Sequence record: OM718002.1
Direction: 5' to 3' (one strand)
Length of the DNA stretch: 64,000 nt
The notes under the pieces are model-generated. The model worked only from the letters and a program-made list of their open reading frames with translations, made no database searches and was not told the DNA's origin. Shown here one piece after another: positions 24,767 through 32,799 of the stretch; the first letter of the stretch is position 1; each line of letters begins with the position of its first letter. Made by a program: the position numbers and the translations under genes.

Positions 24767-27010
24767 TCACGGCTTAAGATCAGCAAGCTTACCGTTGAAC
24801 TGAGTTTCGCCCATGACTTTCTGGAAGCCAGTGATCTTGAACTCTAGCGCGAACGGAATGTTGTTGACGTGTAGGTTGAACGGAATGGCCGCGATTTCGC
24901 GAGTAACCTGGTGACCACCACGAGTGATCGGTAGGTCAGCGATAACAGTAGATACGTAGAAGAACTGGCCCCAGGAGAGGATGTCGTTTTCTTGTTGTAC
25001 TGCGCGGGTCGGAATTACAACTAGCTTACCATCAAATAGCTGGTTGTTGGTGGAAACGATATCGTACTTGAGATAAGCACCTAGAGTACGGTCGTCACCT
25101 TTAGTCATTAGATAGTTAGCAATCTCTTTGTCGGAGCAGAAGAGATACATCGGAGTTTCATCCTGGTTACCGGAGATAACACGGAAGGCAGCTTCAATGT
25201 TGGAATCACGGTGAGCCGGGAATAGCTCAGCTTTAACACAGTTTAGGATCGCAGCGCAAACGTCGTCCCAACGATCTTTAGACTTGATGGTGTCGATGAC
25301 TTTCTCAAGATCTAGTTCTTTGTAACGATAGGTCGGACGCATTACAGCGGATAGTGCACCTTCGATGATACCAAACTTCGGACGGTTGTAACCATTGTGT
25401 ACAACTTCACGTAGTTGAGCAAGGTAGTTAAGCATGCGCTTAACAGCGTTGTTGCTGTTACGGATGTTGGTGTTAACAGTTAGAGCTTTAACAACCTCAC
25501 CCGGACCTTCATCGGTCATGGTGTCCATCGGTAGAGTTACAGGAGCGTGCATCGGGATCGGATGACGGAACTGTAGTGCACGGGTCTGTAGTAGGTGACC
25601 ACGCTGACGACGGTTAGTGTTGGTGAAGCGAGTATCTAGTTCGAAACCGATAACAGCTAGGTCAGTTAGCTGATCTAGAATAGCTTTAACAGCCGGGTCA
25701 GCATTATCCATTACCTGGCCATCTTCGTTTAGAACTTTATCGACGTAAGTGTCGGTAGCACCAAACTTAGAATCGCCTTTGGATAGGCTGATAGTACCAC
25801 CAAAACCAACGCTTAGACGTAGGCTTAGTTTAGCAGTCTTAAGGTCGTTAATAACGCCATCAGCTGAACCGTCGATGAAAGTGGTATCGCCACTAACAAC
25901 AAGGTCATCGCTATCGAAACGGATAACTGCGTTCCGGGTATCACCAACTAGATCGGGCTGGAACACAGCGCGAGGTAGACGGTCAACCTTGAACTTAACA
26001 ACTTTACCGCCGAGTAGAACGAATAGGTTCTTTAGACGACCAGCCGGATCAATGGTGTCAGAAACTTCAAGCATGCCACGCTGAATGAGTAGGTTAGCAT
26101 TGGAGTTACCCATTAGATCAAGACGTACGTTCGCTTTTAGCGGAGCAGTAGTGATAGTTAGGTTCTGCTCGTTCTTGATGGTGTACGGAGGAACAAGAGC
26201 CGGGTCTACGAAGAAGTCAGCATTGGAACCAGCCGGATCTAGGGCAGGAATTAGTGCAATGCTTTCGTCGTCGAGGATGGAAGGATCACGATAGGCTTCT
26301 ACCATGTTCACTTCTTCGTTATCCATCTTAACGCCGGATACTTCGTGGTAAACGTCTTTCATTACAGCGATGTAAGGAAGAACCTGAACAACACCACCTT
26401 CAATCGGGTTGATAACGGTGGTCGGATAGATACGCTCAGCGAATTCATCCTGACGGCTAGCAGCTAGGTTATAACCAATAGTTACAACACGGAAATCACG
26501 CTGTGACTTCTCGTTATAGTTCTCTAGGCCAACACCATTTTCGAATACTTGAATGCCACCAGCAGGGCCATTGAACTGATGCTGTACAACCTTAACATGA
26601 TCTTCATTAGAAGCTTTAGCTTTGGTAATACCACGTAGTGCACGGATATATTTAGTTTCATCAGCACAGGCGATAGCAGCCATGGTAGCAGCAGTGATTT
26701 GGTTCTCACGGACACGTTCTTCACGAGCACGTACTTGAGGATCACTGGAACTTACTCGTTCGAAACCATAGTCGTTAACGAGCATTTGCATTTTGTTATA
26801 AATTGCAGCGGCATCTTGAATGTCGGTAGCTTGCACGGTACCGAAGTTTTCATGTGAAATGCTGCTAATAAGGGAACGACCTTGACTAACAACGCTGTCA
26901 TTTAGACCAATTTCACTTTCTAGGCGGCCAATGAAATCTTCCATTGAGAAGACTTCGTAATTCTTTTCGCCTTTGTGTTTAAACAGTTCTCTTAGGGCAT
27001 GTACGCTCAT
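24767..27010 (-). CDS. gp120: Major capsid protein
   Basis: 747 aa; GLE163|NY prohead-protease site; strong high-expression codon bias. Confidence 0.93.
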   Translation of the reverse strand: MSVHALRELFKHKGEKNYEVFSMEDFIGRLESEIGLNDSVVSQGRSLISSISHENFGTVQATDIQDAAAIYNKMQMLVNDYGFERVSSSDPQVRAREERVRENQITAATMAAIACADETKYIRALRGITKAKASNEDHVKVVQHQFNGPAGGIQVFENGVGLENYNEKSQRDFRVVTIGYNLAASRQDEFAERIYPTTVINPIEGGVVQVLPYIAVMKDVYHEVSGVKMDNEEVNMVEAYRDPSILDDESIALIPALDPAGSNADFFVDPALVPPYTIKNEQNLTITTAPLKANVRLDLMGNSNANLLIQRGMLEVSDTIDPAGRLKNLFVLLGGKVVKFKVDRLPRAVFQPDLVGDTRNAVIRFDSDDLVVSGDTTFIDGSADGVINDLKTAKLSLRLSVGFGGTISLSKGDSKFGATDTYVDKVLNEDGQVMDNADPAVKAILDQLTDLAVIGFELDTRFTNTNRRQRGHLLQTRALQFRHPIPMHAPVTLPMDTMTDEGPGEVVKALTVNTNIRNSNNAVKRMLNYLAQLREVVHNGYNRPKFGIIEGALSAVMRPTYRYKELDLEKVIDTIKSKDRWDDVCAAILNCVKAELFPAHRDSNIEAAFRVISGNQDETPMYLFCSDKEIANYLMTKGDDRTLGAYLKYDIVSTNNQLFDGKLVVIPTRAVQQENDILSWGQFFYVSTVIADLPITRGGHQVTREIAAIPFNLHVNNIPFALEFKITGFQKVMGETQFNGKLADLKP

Positions 27011-27082
27011 TTTTTATTCCTACGTAGGATGAGTTTTTGGTTTAAAAATTTGGGTCTACTAAGCATCTTTTCCGGAATCAAC

Positions 27083-27616
27083 CTAGCAGCTCTCCAAATA
27101 ATAGGTAAAAATTTGTGTTGACGCCACGGATTCACGTGGGCGGGTGTTCAACATTTCATTTATCATACTATCAAAGAAAGTATGGTTAAGTTGAATTGAG
27201 ACACGTCTAGGATCGCTACTTGCAATGTGCGCACTCTGCTGCACCGCAACCCACAGATTCTCATCTACAGGATATAGGTAATAATCGTACACTAAATTAC
27301 GGTTACCTGCATCCCTAAGTTCATTAGTCGCTAGGCGGCTCTCTAAACGATTGTGTAAATCCTTCATCTTAAATTGTTCAGGACCGTCTATTTCACCTAA
27401 CTCAGCAACTTTGATTATCGGGCTTACTGCTAACTTAATATCTAGTTTTTCTGGTAATAGAAAGGGGAAAGCAGTTAAAGCCTGATGTATCTCCGCAAGA
27501 TCATTTACGGAGGTTTCGGAAACTATATAGTTGGTGTCTAACAATTTGTTAAATTGTACACCTGCTGTTTTATATGATTCAAAAACAGCTTTTGGCATAA
27601 CCAGAACTTGGGTCAT
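27083..27616 (-). CDS. gp119: Minor head protein
   Basis: 177 aa between capsid and DnaB; downstream of the P119L-like promoter. Confidence 0.75.
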   Translation of the reverse strand: MTQVLVMPKAVFESYKTAGVQFNKLLDTNYIVSETSVNDLAEIHQALTAFPFLLPEKLDIKLAVSPIIKVAELGEIDGPEQFKMKDLHNRLESRLATNELRDAGNRNLVYDYYLYPVDENLWVAVQQSAHIASSDPRRVSIQLNHTFFDSMINEMLNTRPRESVASTQIFTYYLESC

Positions 27617-27639
27617 TGTGAAAGTACCTATATTGTAAC

Positions 27640-27698
27640 TTTAGGCTTTTGGGAACTGTCTACATAGCAATATAGCAAATACATTCACTAAAATTACT
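27640..27698 (-). promoter_or_regulatory. Late (nvRNAP) promoter P119L; TATG core at 27666-27663
   Basis: - strand reads GTAATTTTAGTGAATGTATTTGCTATATTGC-TATG-TAGACAGTTCCCAAAAGCC, matching from memory the phiKZ P119L template. Confidence 0.75.
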
Positions 27699-27755
27699 AG
27701 CTATCTAAATGATACACTGTACATCTCTTAATTTCACAATTGGAAATCTATAAAA

Positions 27756-29303
27756 ATGTCAAGTCCAAAACAATTACTCGTTTCATGTATCACTCTATTA
27801 TGTTTAGAAAATCGAGAAGATTCTCCAGTGGAACCATCCAATGAATTGGTTACTGAGATTCTTGATACTCTAAATGATAAGGGTGGTACATTAGATGTAG
27901 ATCATGGTCGACAAACATTTTTAGATCTTCGTAATCTACTAGTGGATCTAAATAAGAAACAGAAAGCATATTTCCCAGCTACCCAACAGGTATTACAATC
28001 ACTACAAGTATGTTGTCGTGAAGAAAGTTATCTATACGATGCTGTTAAAAATGCAGTAGAAGAAGAATTTCCAAATGGCATGGCATTAGCCATGCGTGTA
28101 ACTTCATATCGTCGTGATCTAAATAGCTACTTAGCTGATGAGAAGGTAAAAGCTATTGTAAAAGAATGTTCATCAAAAATTCTTTTCAATAGAGGCTCTG
28201 CTGATATTCCGGCAATCATTAATGAAATGGCAACCAGAGCTGACCCATATATTCGCGCGCGTGCTGAAGAGAAACACCCAGCTGAAATGGGTGCACTTGA
28301 TTTTGGTAATTTAGATTCTATTGAAGGCTTCTTTGAGGAAGCTAAAACTATTCTTTCCCCAAATGGTGCTTTCCGTACTGGATGGAAAGGTTTTAACAGG
28401 ATGCTTGGTGATCTGGGTGCATTAAAACGTGGTGAATTTATTATCGGTGGTGGCCTACAACATCAATATAAATCTGGCGTTTCTATGAGTCTATTTTGCC
28501 ATGTGTGTCTATTTAATAAACCATACATGCGTGATATCAATAAGAAACCATTAGTAATGTTTATTACTCTTGAGAATGAGATTCCGGATAACCTTATTTT
28601 CATTTATGAGTATATTTACGAAAATGAAACAGGTATCAAGGTAGATCGTAGTTCTATTAGTAAAGCTGAAGCAGCTGAATATGTATCAGCTCGTCTCCGT
28701 GAAAATGGTTTTGAACCAGTAATGTATCGTTTTGACCCAACTGAATTTACGATTGCTGGTTTAGTTAACTACCTAGATACATATCAAGCACGTGGTTATG
28801 AACTACAATATCTCTGCGTAGATTATCTAAACATGTTGCCTAAAACTGGATTAGTGACCAGTGTAGCAGGTGATGACGTTCGTCTCCTATTTAGGCGAAT
28901 GCGTAACTATACTGCACCACGTGGTATCACATTCTTTAGTCCGCATCAGTTAAGTTCTCAGGCATTAGAACTAATCAGGGATAATATCCCACCAGAAGAC
29001 TTTGTTAAACAAGTTGCTAACAAAGGTTACTATGACGGTTGTCGCCGACTTGGACAAGAACCTGATCTGGAATTCTTCTTCCACATTGTTAAAGTAAGTG
29101 GTAAGTATTATCTAACTGTACAACGTGGTAAACACCGTAACGTTGTAAGTGATAGTAAGCATCACTATTTTGTTATGCCGTTTGATCCAGACCGTATCGG
29201 TGGCATTAGATGGGATATCGATAAAGAAGAAAACAATTACATGGATTTCGTACCAAGTCTTAGTAATATGCAAGCAACTGGTGGAGATGACTGGGGATAT
29301 TAA
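27756..29303 (+). CDS. dnaB: DnaB-like replicative helicase (gp118)
   Basis: SF4 motifs GWKGFNRMLG, FITLEN, LCVDYL, FFSPHQL and QRGKHR; variant Walker A GLQHQYKS. Confidence 0.88.
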   Translation: MSSPKQLLVSCITLLCLENREDSPVEPSNELVTEILDTLNDKGGTLDVDHGRQTFLDLRNLLVDLNKKQKAYFPATQQVLQSLQVCCREESYLYDAVKNAVEEEFPNGMALAMRVTSYRRDLNSYLADEKVKAIVKECSSKILFNRGSADIPAIINEMATRADPYIRARAEEKHPAEMGALDFGNLDSIEGFFEEAKTILSPNGAFRTGWKGFNRMLGDLGALKRGEFIIGGGLQHQYKSGVSMSLFCHVCLFNKPYMRDINKKPLVMFITLENEIPDNLIFIYEYIYENETGIKVDRSSISKAEAAEYVSARLRENGFEPVMYRFDPTEFTIAGLVNYLDTYQARGYELQYLCVDYLNMLPKTGLVTSVAGDDVRLLFRRMRNYTAPRGITFFSPHQLSSQALELIRDNIPPEDFVKQVANKGYYDGCRRLGQEPDLEFFFHIVKVSGKYYLTVQRGKHRNVVSDSKHHYFVMPFDPDRIGGIRWDIDKEENNYMDFVPSLSNMQATGGDDWGY

Positions 29304-29312
29304 CAACATAAA

Positions 29313-29332
29313 GCTCTCCCTTCGGGGAGAGC
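29313..29332 (+). terminator. Intrinsic terminator, cUUCGg loop on the + strand
   Basis: GCTCTCCC-TTCG-GGGAGAGC 9 nt after the dnaB stop. Confidence 0.78.
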
Positions 29333-29357
29333 ACTATAATTTTAATAGGTAATCTAA

Positions 29358-29726
29358 ATGAGTGCAATTGATAATTTAGTAAATACTTTAAGAAAGAATA
29401 TTAGTGAATGTAGAAAGTTTAATCGACCCCTATTTGCACGTGTATATGCCGCATCACAAAATTACGATAAAATCCGTTATGCTGTGGCAGAAGAAGCCCA
29501 TTATTTTAAATATGGTAAATATGCAGAAGGTAATAACCTCAATATCGATGAACTTATCAGTGATCTATATCTGTACTACACTATCTATGTCGATGTGATC
29601 CGTAAACCTTTACCTGATCCTAATGGGGATTTCATCAGTATTGTAAATCAAGATCATTACACGCATATATACTGGGATTTAGATCGGTGTGAATCTATTC
29701 CAGATGATGTAAAGGAGTTAATGTAA
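29358..29726 (+). CDS. Hypothetical protein (gp117-like)
   Basis: AGGT RBS; 122-aa ORF. Confidence 0.65.
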   Translation: MSAIDNLVNTLRKNISECRKFNRPLFARVYAASQNYDKIRYAVAEEAHYFKYGKYAEGNNLNIDELISDLYLYYTIYVDVIRKPLPDPNGDFISIVNQDHYTHIYWDLDRCESIPDDVKELM

Positions 29727-29727
29727 T

Positions 29728-29964
29728 ATGTACTATGGTAATGTTTATATTATCTTTATTGGTGGTTTATTAATATTTATCCTAGGATTGGTATTTGGAG
29801 GAATACTGGGAGAAGAGAACAATAACGTATATAAACTCAAATCCCAACAATTTGAATACTGCGTTAAAAATAAACAATCAAAAAATAATGACAGTGAAAA
29901 TATCCAAGTTATTAAAGTATGCGCAGAGTCTATTGTACTCCTATATCCGACTAATGAAAAATAA
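29728..29964 (+). CDS. Small membrane protein (gp116-like)
   Basis: AAGGAG RBS; N-terminal TM (VYIIFIGGLLIFILGLVFGGIL). Confidence 0.65.
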   Translation: MYYGNVYIIFIGGLLIFILGLVFGGILGEENNNVYKLKSQQFEYCVKNKQSKNNDSENIQVIKVCAESIVLLYPTNEK

Positions 29965-29971
29965 AGCATTT

Positions 29972-29991
29972 AAGCCCTCATAGGAGGGCTT
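29972..29991 (+). terminator. Intrinsic terminator
   Basis: AAGCCCTC-ATAG-GAGGGCTT-TTATG. Confidence 0.78.
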
Positions 29992-30579
29992 TTATGTCGT
30001 ATGGCTAATATGCTAGTGAATAACGAATAAAATCGATTATAGAGCAAATTAGAAGGTATTAAAGGCATAAAGAAAGTCTATCTCTAGACTTATTATTTTT
30101 AATTAAAAAAAAATATAATCTATACTGTGTCTCCTTTTAGGGAGACAGTATGTATTAGCTAACGCTATTAGAATAATGCTAATATTGTTTATTATTAGAA
30201 TAAGGATATACCTTCGGTATAGTTTATTATGAAATAAAAGCCCCTACGGGGCGATCCGATTCATCAGTTCCACATTAGGTAATATTCATGAGTAATATTT
30301 GATTACCAGTATTACTCAATGATACTGGTAATAATATACTAGGTTATTAACAATATGTATTGATTATTCTGATTAAGTCAAATTAGTTAATAAACAAATC
30401 AATTATCAACGAGTGATAACTGGTATTGATTACTAGCTAAAGAGATTAATTAGGATATCTACATGAGGAGTCGCTACCCCATGTATACTGGAGTGTCTCT
30501 TTAGCGGGAGACTTAACTCCACTTGGGAGCCGCTTTAGCGGGCGGCTCTCACTTAAACAAAAAAAGAATTCAGATAAGT
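29992..30579. other. Non-coding, AT-rich, hairpin-dense block (candidate origin or ncRNA locus)
   Basis: No ORF of 60 aa or more; lies between convergent terminators; at least seven inverted repeats. Confidence 0.45.
30499..30542. repeat. Direct repeat CTTTAGCGGG x2, each spanning the loop of a hairpin
   Basis: Copies at 30499-30508 and 30533-30542, in stems GTCTC/GAGAC and GAGCCGC/GCGGCTC. Confidence 0.85.
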
Positions 30580-30599
30580 CCCTCTCCTGAAGGAGAGGG
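30580..30599 (-). terminator. Intrinsic terminator
   Basis: CCCTCTCC-TGAA-GGAGAGGG next to the 30608 stop. Confidence 0.72.
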
Positions 30600-30607
30600 G
30601 TTGTTTA

Positions 30608-30913
30608 TCATAGGCTTCTCCTTTCGGTTACATAGAACTTCTTCTGATCCATGTCAGTGTCCGTTACTATGAAATTGTCGAAGGGGTTGATGGATACGGC
30701 TAAACTTGCGTTGTTGACGTATCCTATCGTAGGACCAGCCCAATAACCAATGAAGTGACCTTTACGATCTCGACATTGGATAACATTATCAGCGTGTATT
30801 TTCGCAACTGACATGCTATGGGTTGATCCATCGGGTCTCTTGAAAAAGAAACCCACATCCTGCATTCTGTGCAGGTCAGGGCTAACATTGTTAGCGGTAA
30901 CTGGAATTAACAT
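30608..30913 (-). CDS. Hypothetical protein, 101 aa
   Basis: GAGGA RBS; structured upstream region. Confidence 0.65.
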   Translation of the reverse strand: MLIPVTANNVSPDLHRMQDVGFFFKRPDGSTHSMSVAKIHADNVIQCRDRKGHFIGYWAGPTIGYVNNASLAVSINPFDNFIVTDTDMDQKKFYVTERRSL

Positions 30914-31043
30914 GATGGTTCCTCTTGTTAATCCAAGCCCATTTGGGCGAAAATGTTGAGTATTTTTTACTCAACGGCATATAGCCCTACTGTTGCAGCA
31001 GTAGGGCTAATTCTTTTATTCTTAAATGTTTAACTGAATAAAT

Positions 31044-31065
31044 GCCCTCTCCCGAAGGAGAGGGC
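31044..31065 (-). terminator. Intrinsic terminator, cUUCGg loop
   Basis: GCCCTCTCC-CGAA-GGAGAGGGC after the 31079 stop. Confidence 0.78.
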
Positions 31066-31078
31066 TTATGTCGTTGAT

Positions 31079-31354
31079 TTATTTAACCAGCGATGGTTCC
31101 CTAATACGAGAGATGCATAGATAATTACTATAATCGCTAGGGTCGTACTCATCATACCCTAGACAACTTGTATGGATATATTCAGTACTGATATTAATCA
31201 TATCAAGAGTAATACCATCACCCCATTTCTTAGTTGCCATCTTGATAATATCGGCGATAGTATTGGCCACATAACAATCACCCAAGACATAAAAGGTATC
31301 TTCGGTATCATCCGGACGAAAATAACGAATACCATTCTGTGTATATTCACCCAT
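31079..31354 (-). CDS. Hypothetical protein, 91 aa
   Basis: GAGGA RBS; 1 nt from the upstream small ORF's stop. Confidence 0.7.
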   Translation of the reverse strand: MGEYTQNGIRYFRPDDTEDTFYVLGDCYVANTIADIIKMATKKWGDGITLDMINISTEYIHTSCLGYDEYDPSDYSNYLCISRIREPSLVK

Positions 31355-31355
31355 G

Positions 31356-31499
31356 TTAATTATCCTCTTTTCCTTCTTGGGTATGATGAGCGGGCTCTAC
31401 CCAGTAAAAATCAATAAACAGATCAACTGGTTCACAGCCGACCGCCTCACTGTCATCGGCCCATTTACTTTCATCTGCGATAATTTCTTCATTGGTCAT
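31356..31499 (-). CDS. Small acidic protein, 47 aa (below ORF-track cutoff)
   Basis: AAGGAG RBS then MTNEEIIADESKWADDSEAVGCEPVDLFIDFYWVEPAHHTQEGKEDN*; translated by hand. Confidence 0.65.
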   Translation of the reverse strand: MTNEEIIADESKWADDSEAVGCEPVDLFIDFYWVEPAHHTQEGKEDN

Positions 31500-31538
31500 T
31501 TGTATTTCTCCTTATTTACTATATTGAATATTGTTTAG

Positions 31539-31751
31539 TTACATAGTCCAATTAGTGGCTTCATCAACCATGTCAGCTGCTTCTTTATCAGAAGCATTCC
31601 AGAGTTTATCAGCCCATTCTTTATCCATTTCATTTTGGATATTTTCAAGACGCATGTAATTATGCCATGCCTGACCCAGGCGAAGATTCTTATTATTTTT
31701 GTAATAAATTCCAAACTCACCACGAACTGATGCAGGAATTGAAATAGTCAC
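31539..31751 (-). CDS. Hypothetical protein, 70 aa
   Basis: GTG start overlapping the upstream stop (GTGA); RLGQAWHN motif. Confidence 0.65.
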   Translation of the reverse strand: MTISIPASVRGEFGIYYKNNKNLRLGQAWHNYMRLENIQNEMDKEWADKLWNASDKEAADMVDEATNWTM

Positions 31752-31909
31752 TTTATAATCTCCTTAGTTACTATCTGACGTGCTTCTTTATAAGAAATAT
31801 TCGGATTATCATTGATGTATTTAAGAACTTTCTGATGTATAATGTTCTCTCGCTCAGTTAGTTCTTTTACTACTCTTTTAAAATAACCTGGTGATCGTTT
31901 CATAGTCAT
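31748..31909 (-). CDS. Small basic protein, 53 aa (below ORF-track cutoff)
   Basis: MTMKRSPGYFKRVVKELTERENIIHQKVLKYINDNPNISYKEARQIVTKEIIK*; ATGA and GTGA coupling at both ends. Confidence 0.65.
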   Translation of the reverse strand: MTMKRSPGYFKRVVKELTERENIIHQKVLKYINDNPNISYKEARQIVTKEIIK

Positions 31910-32133
31910 GGTTCTTCGATTAACAAGTTATTTGCCTCGAAAAAGAATGGGGCTGACCAGCTATAATCTGGTTCATTTACCAGTTTTACACTGTTCTTGG
32001 TTTTGATAATCTTGCGATCATACCGCCAGTTTTGTGGTCCATGTTTAGGAATAGTGTAGTATTCACCATCGGGTAGATTAGTGGCTTTTTCCCATCCGAG
32101 TTCTTTAATACTAAACTTTTTATCAGTTGTCAT
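31906..32133 (-). CDS. Hypothetical protein, NLPxG-HGP family copy 1
   Basis: Start moved to MTTDKK (AAGGA RBS); paralogous to 32489-32752. Confidence 0.65.
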   Translation of the reverse strand: MTTDKKFSIKELGWEKATNLPDGEYYTIPKHGPQNWRYDRKIIKTKNSVKLVNEPDYSWSAPFFFEANNLLIEEP

Positions 32134-32196
32134 TTTCTTTATTTCCTTGCTGTCATGAAACCACCCGGTGGCCGTATCAAGCTGCGTCCCCATGGT

Positions 32197-32481
32197 TTAT
32201 ACTGCACGTGGGATCACTGATATCTCAAGAGTCAGATCAGCCGCGTCCAGTAGGTTTACCAGGGCGTCCAGAGAGAACTTGTCAATCTTGCCTTTGAGAA
32301 GATCATTCAATCTCGGTTGCGTAACATGTAGGCGAGCAGCAGCGTCTTTTTGCGGAAGATCCCAGCCCTTTATAGTACGGGTGAGAGCCCGCATGAGTTG
32401 GGAACGGATACGTAGGTTTTCAGTTTCTTTTGTCGAGTCAACTAGTGTATCCCAGACACCGGGAGTGCATTCGTTTGCCAT
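32197..32481 (-). CDS. XRE/HTH_37-type helix-turn-helix protein, HigA-like antitoxin
   Basis: VWDTL..ENLRIRSQLM..QKDAAARLHVTQPRLNDLLKGKIDKFSLDALVNL matches the bacterial HigA2-like pattern; GAGGT RBS; about 50% GC by hand count. Confidence 0.82.
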   Translation of the reverse strand: MANECTPGVWDTLVDSTKETENLRIRSQLMRALTRTIKGWDLPQKDAAARLHVTQPRLNDLLKGKIDKFSLDALVNLLDAADLTLEISVIPRAV

Positions 32482-32488
32482 TTATTTA

Positions 32489-32752
32489 TTACCTCTTGAG
32501 GTAAATGCTCGGATAATAAACTACATTATATTTAAAGAAATCACTTACCTTGAATTTTATGTTCGGTGCAGTGATTAGATAACAATAATCACCATCAACC
32601 ATAACGCGTCGATCATGGCTATATACCCTAGGACCATGTAACGGAGAAGTTACATAAATTCCATTGGGAAGATTCCGTAAATCGTCTTTATTCAGAAACT
32701 TACCATTAGGATTTATAGTTAATGGATAACAACCAGGATTAAGTTTATGCAT
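32489..32752 (-). CDS. Hypothetical protein, NLPxG-HGP family copy 2
   Basis: GAGGTG RBS; NLPNGIYVTSPLHGP...DRR. Confidence 0.65.
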   Translation of the reverse strand: MHKLNPGCYPLTINPNGKFLNKDDLRNLPNGIYVTSPLHGPRVYSHDRRVMVDGDYCYLITAPNIKFKVSDFFKYNVVYYPSIYLKR

Positions 32753-32768
32753 ATTTCACCTCTTTTAT

Positions 32769-32793
32769 AAACCACCCTTATATAGGGTGGTTT
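32769..32793. terminator. Bidirectional terminator-like hairpin
   Basis: AAACCACCCT-TATAT-AGGGTGGTTT; the long T-tract is on the + (antisense) side. Confidence 0.7.
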
Positions 32794-32799
32794 TTTTTT

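Noticed and set aside
25749-26294. Antisense ORFs inside the capsid gene
   Set aside because: Expected from the strong codon bias of a highly expressed gene, which lowers stop frequency on the opposite strand.
27018-27029. Palindrome TCCTACGTAGGA covering the capsid SD, and the similar TTCC-TTGA-GGAA before gp95
   Set aside because: Only 4-5 bp stems; too weak to argue for translational control without data.
21438-29303. Intron or intein in gp123, capsid or DnaB
   Set aside because: ORFs are continuous and of the expected size, with no intein or homing-endonuclease motifs.
29992-30579. CRISPR array or tRNA in the non-coding block
   Set aside because: No regularly spaced repeat-spacer units and no cloverleaf with T-arm/D-arm consensus was seen.
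32168-32578. 136-aa + strand ORF as a possible toxin partner of the HTH gene
   Set aside because: Fully antisense to the HTH gene, no RelE/HigB features; explained by locally high GC.
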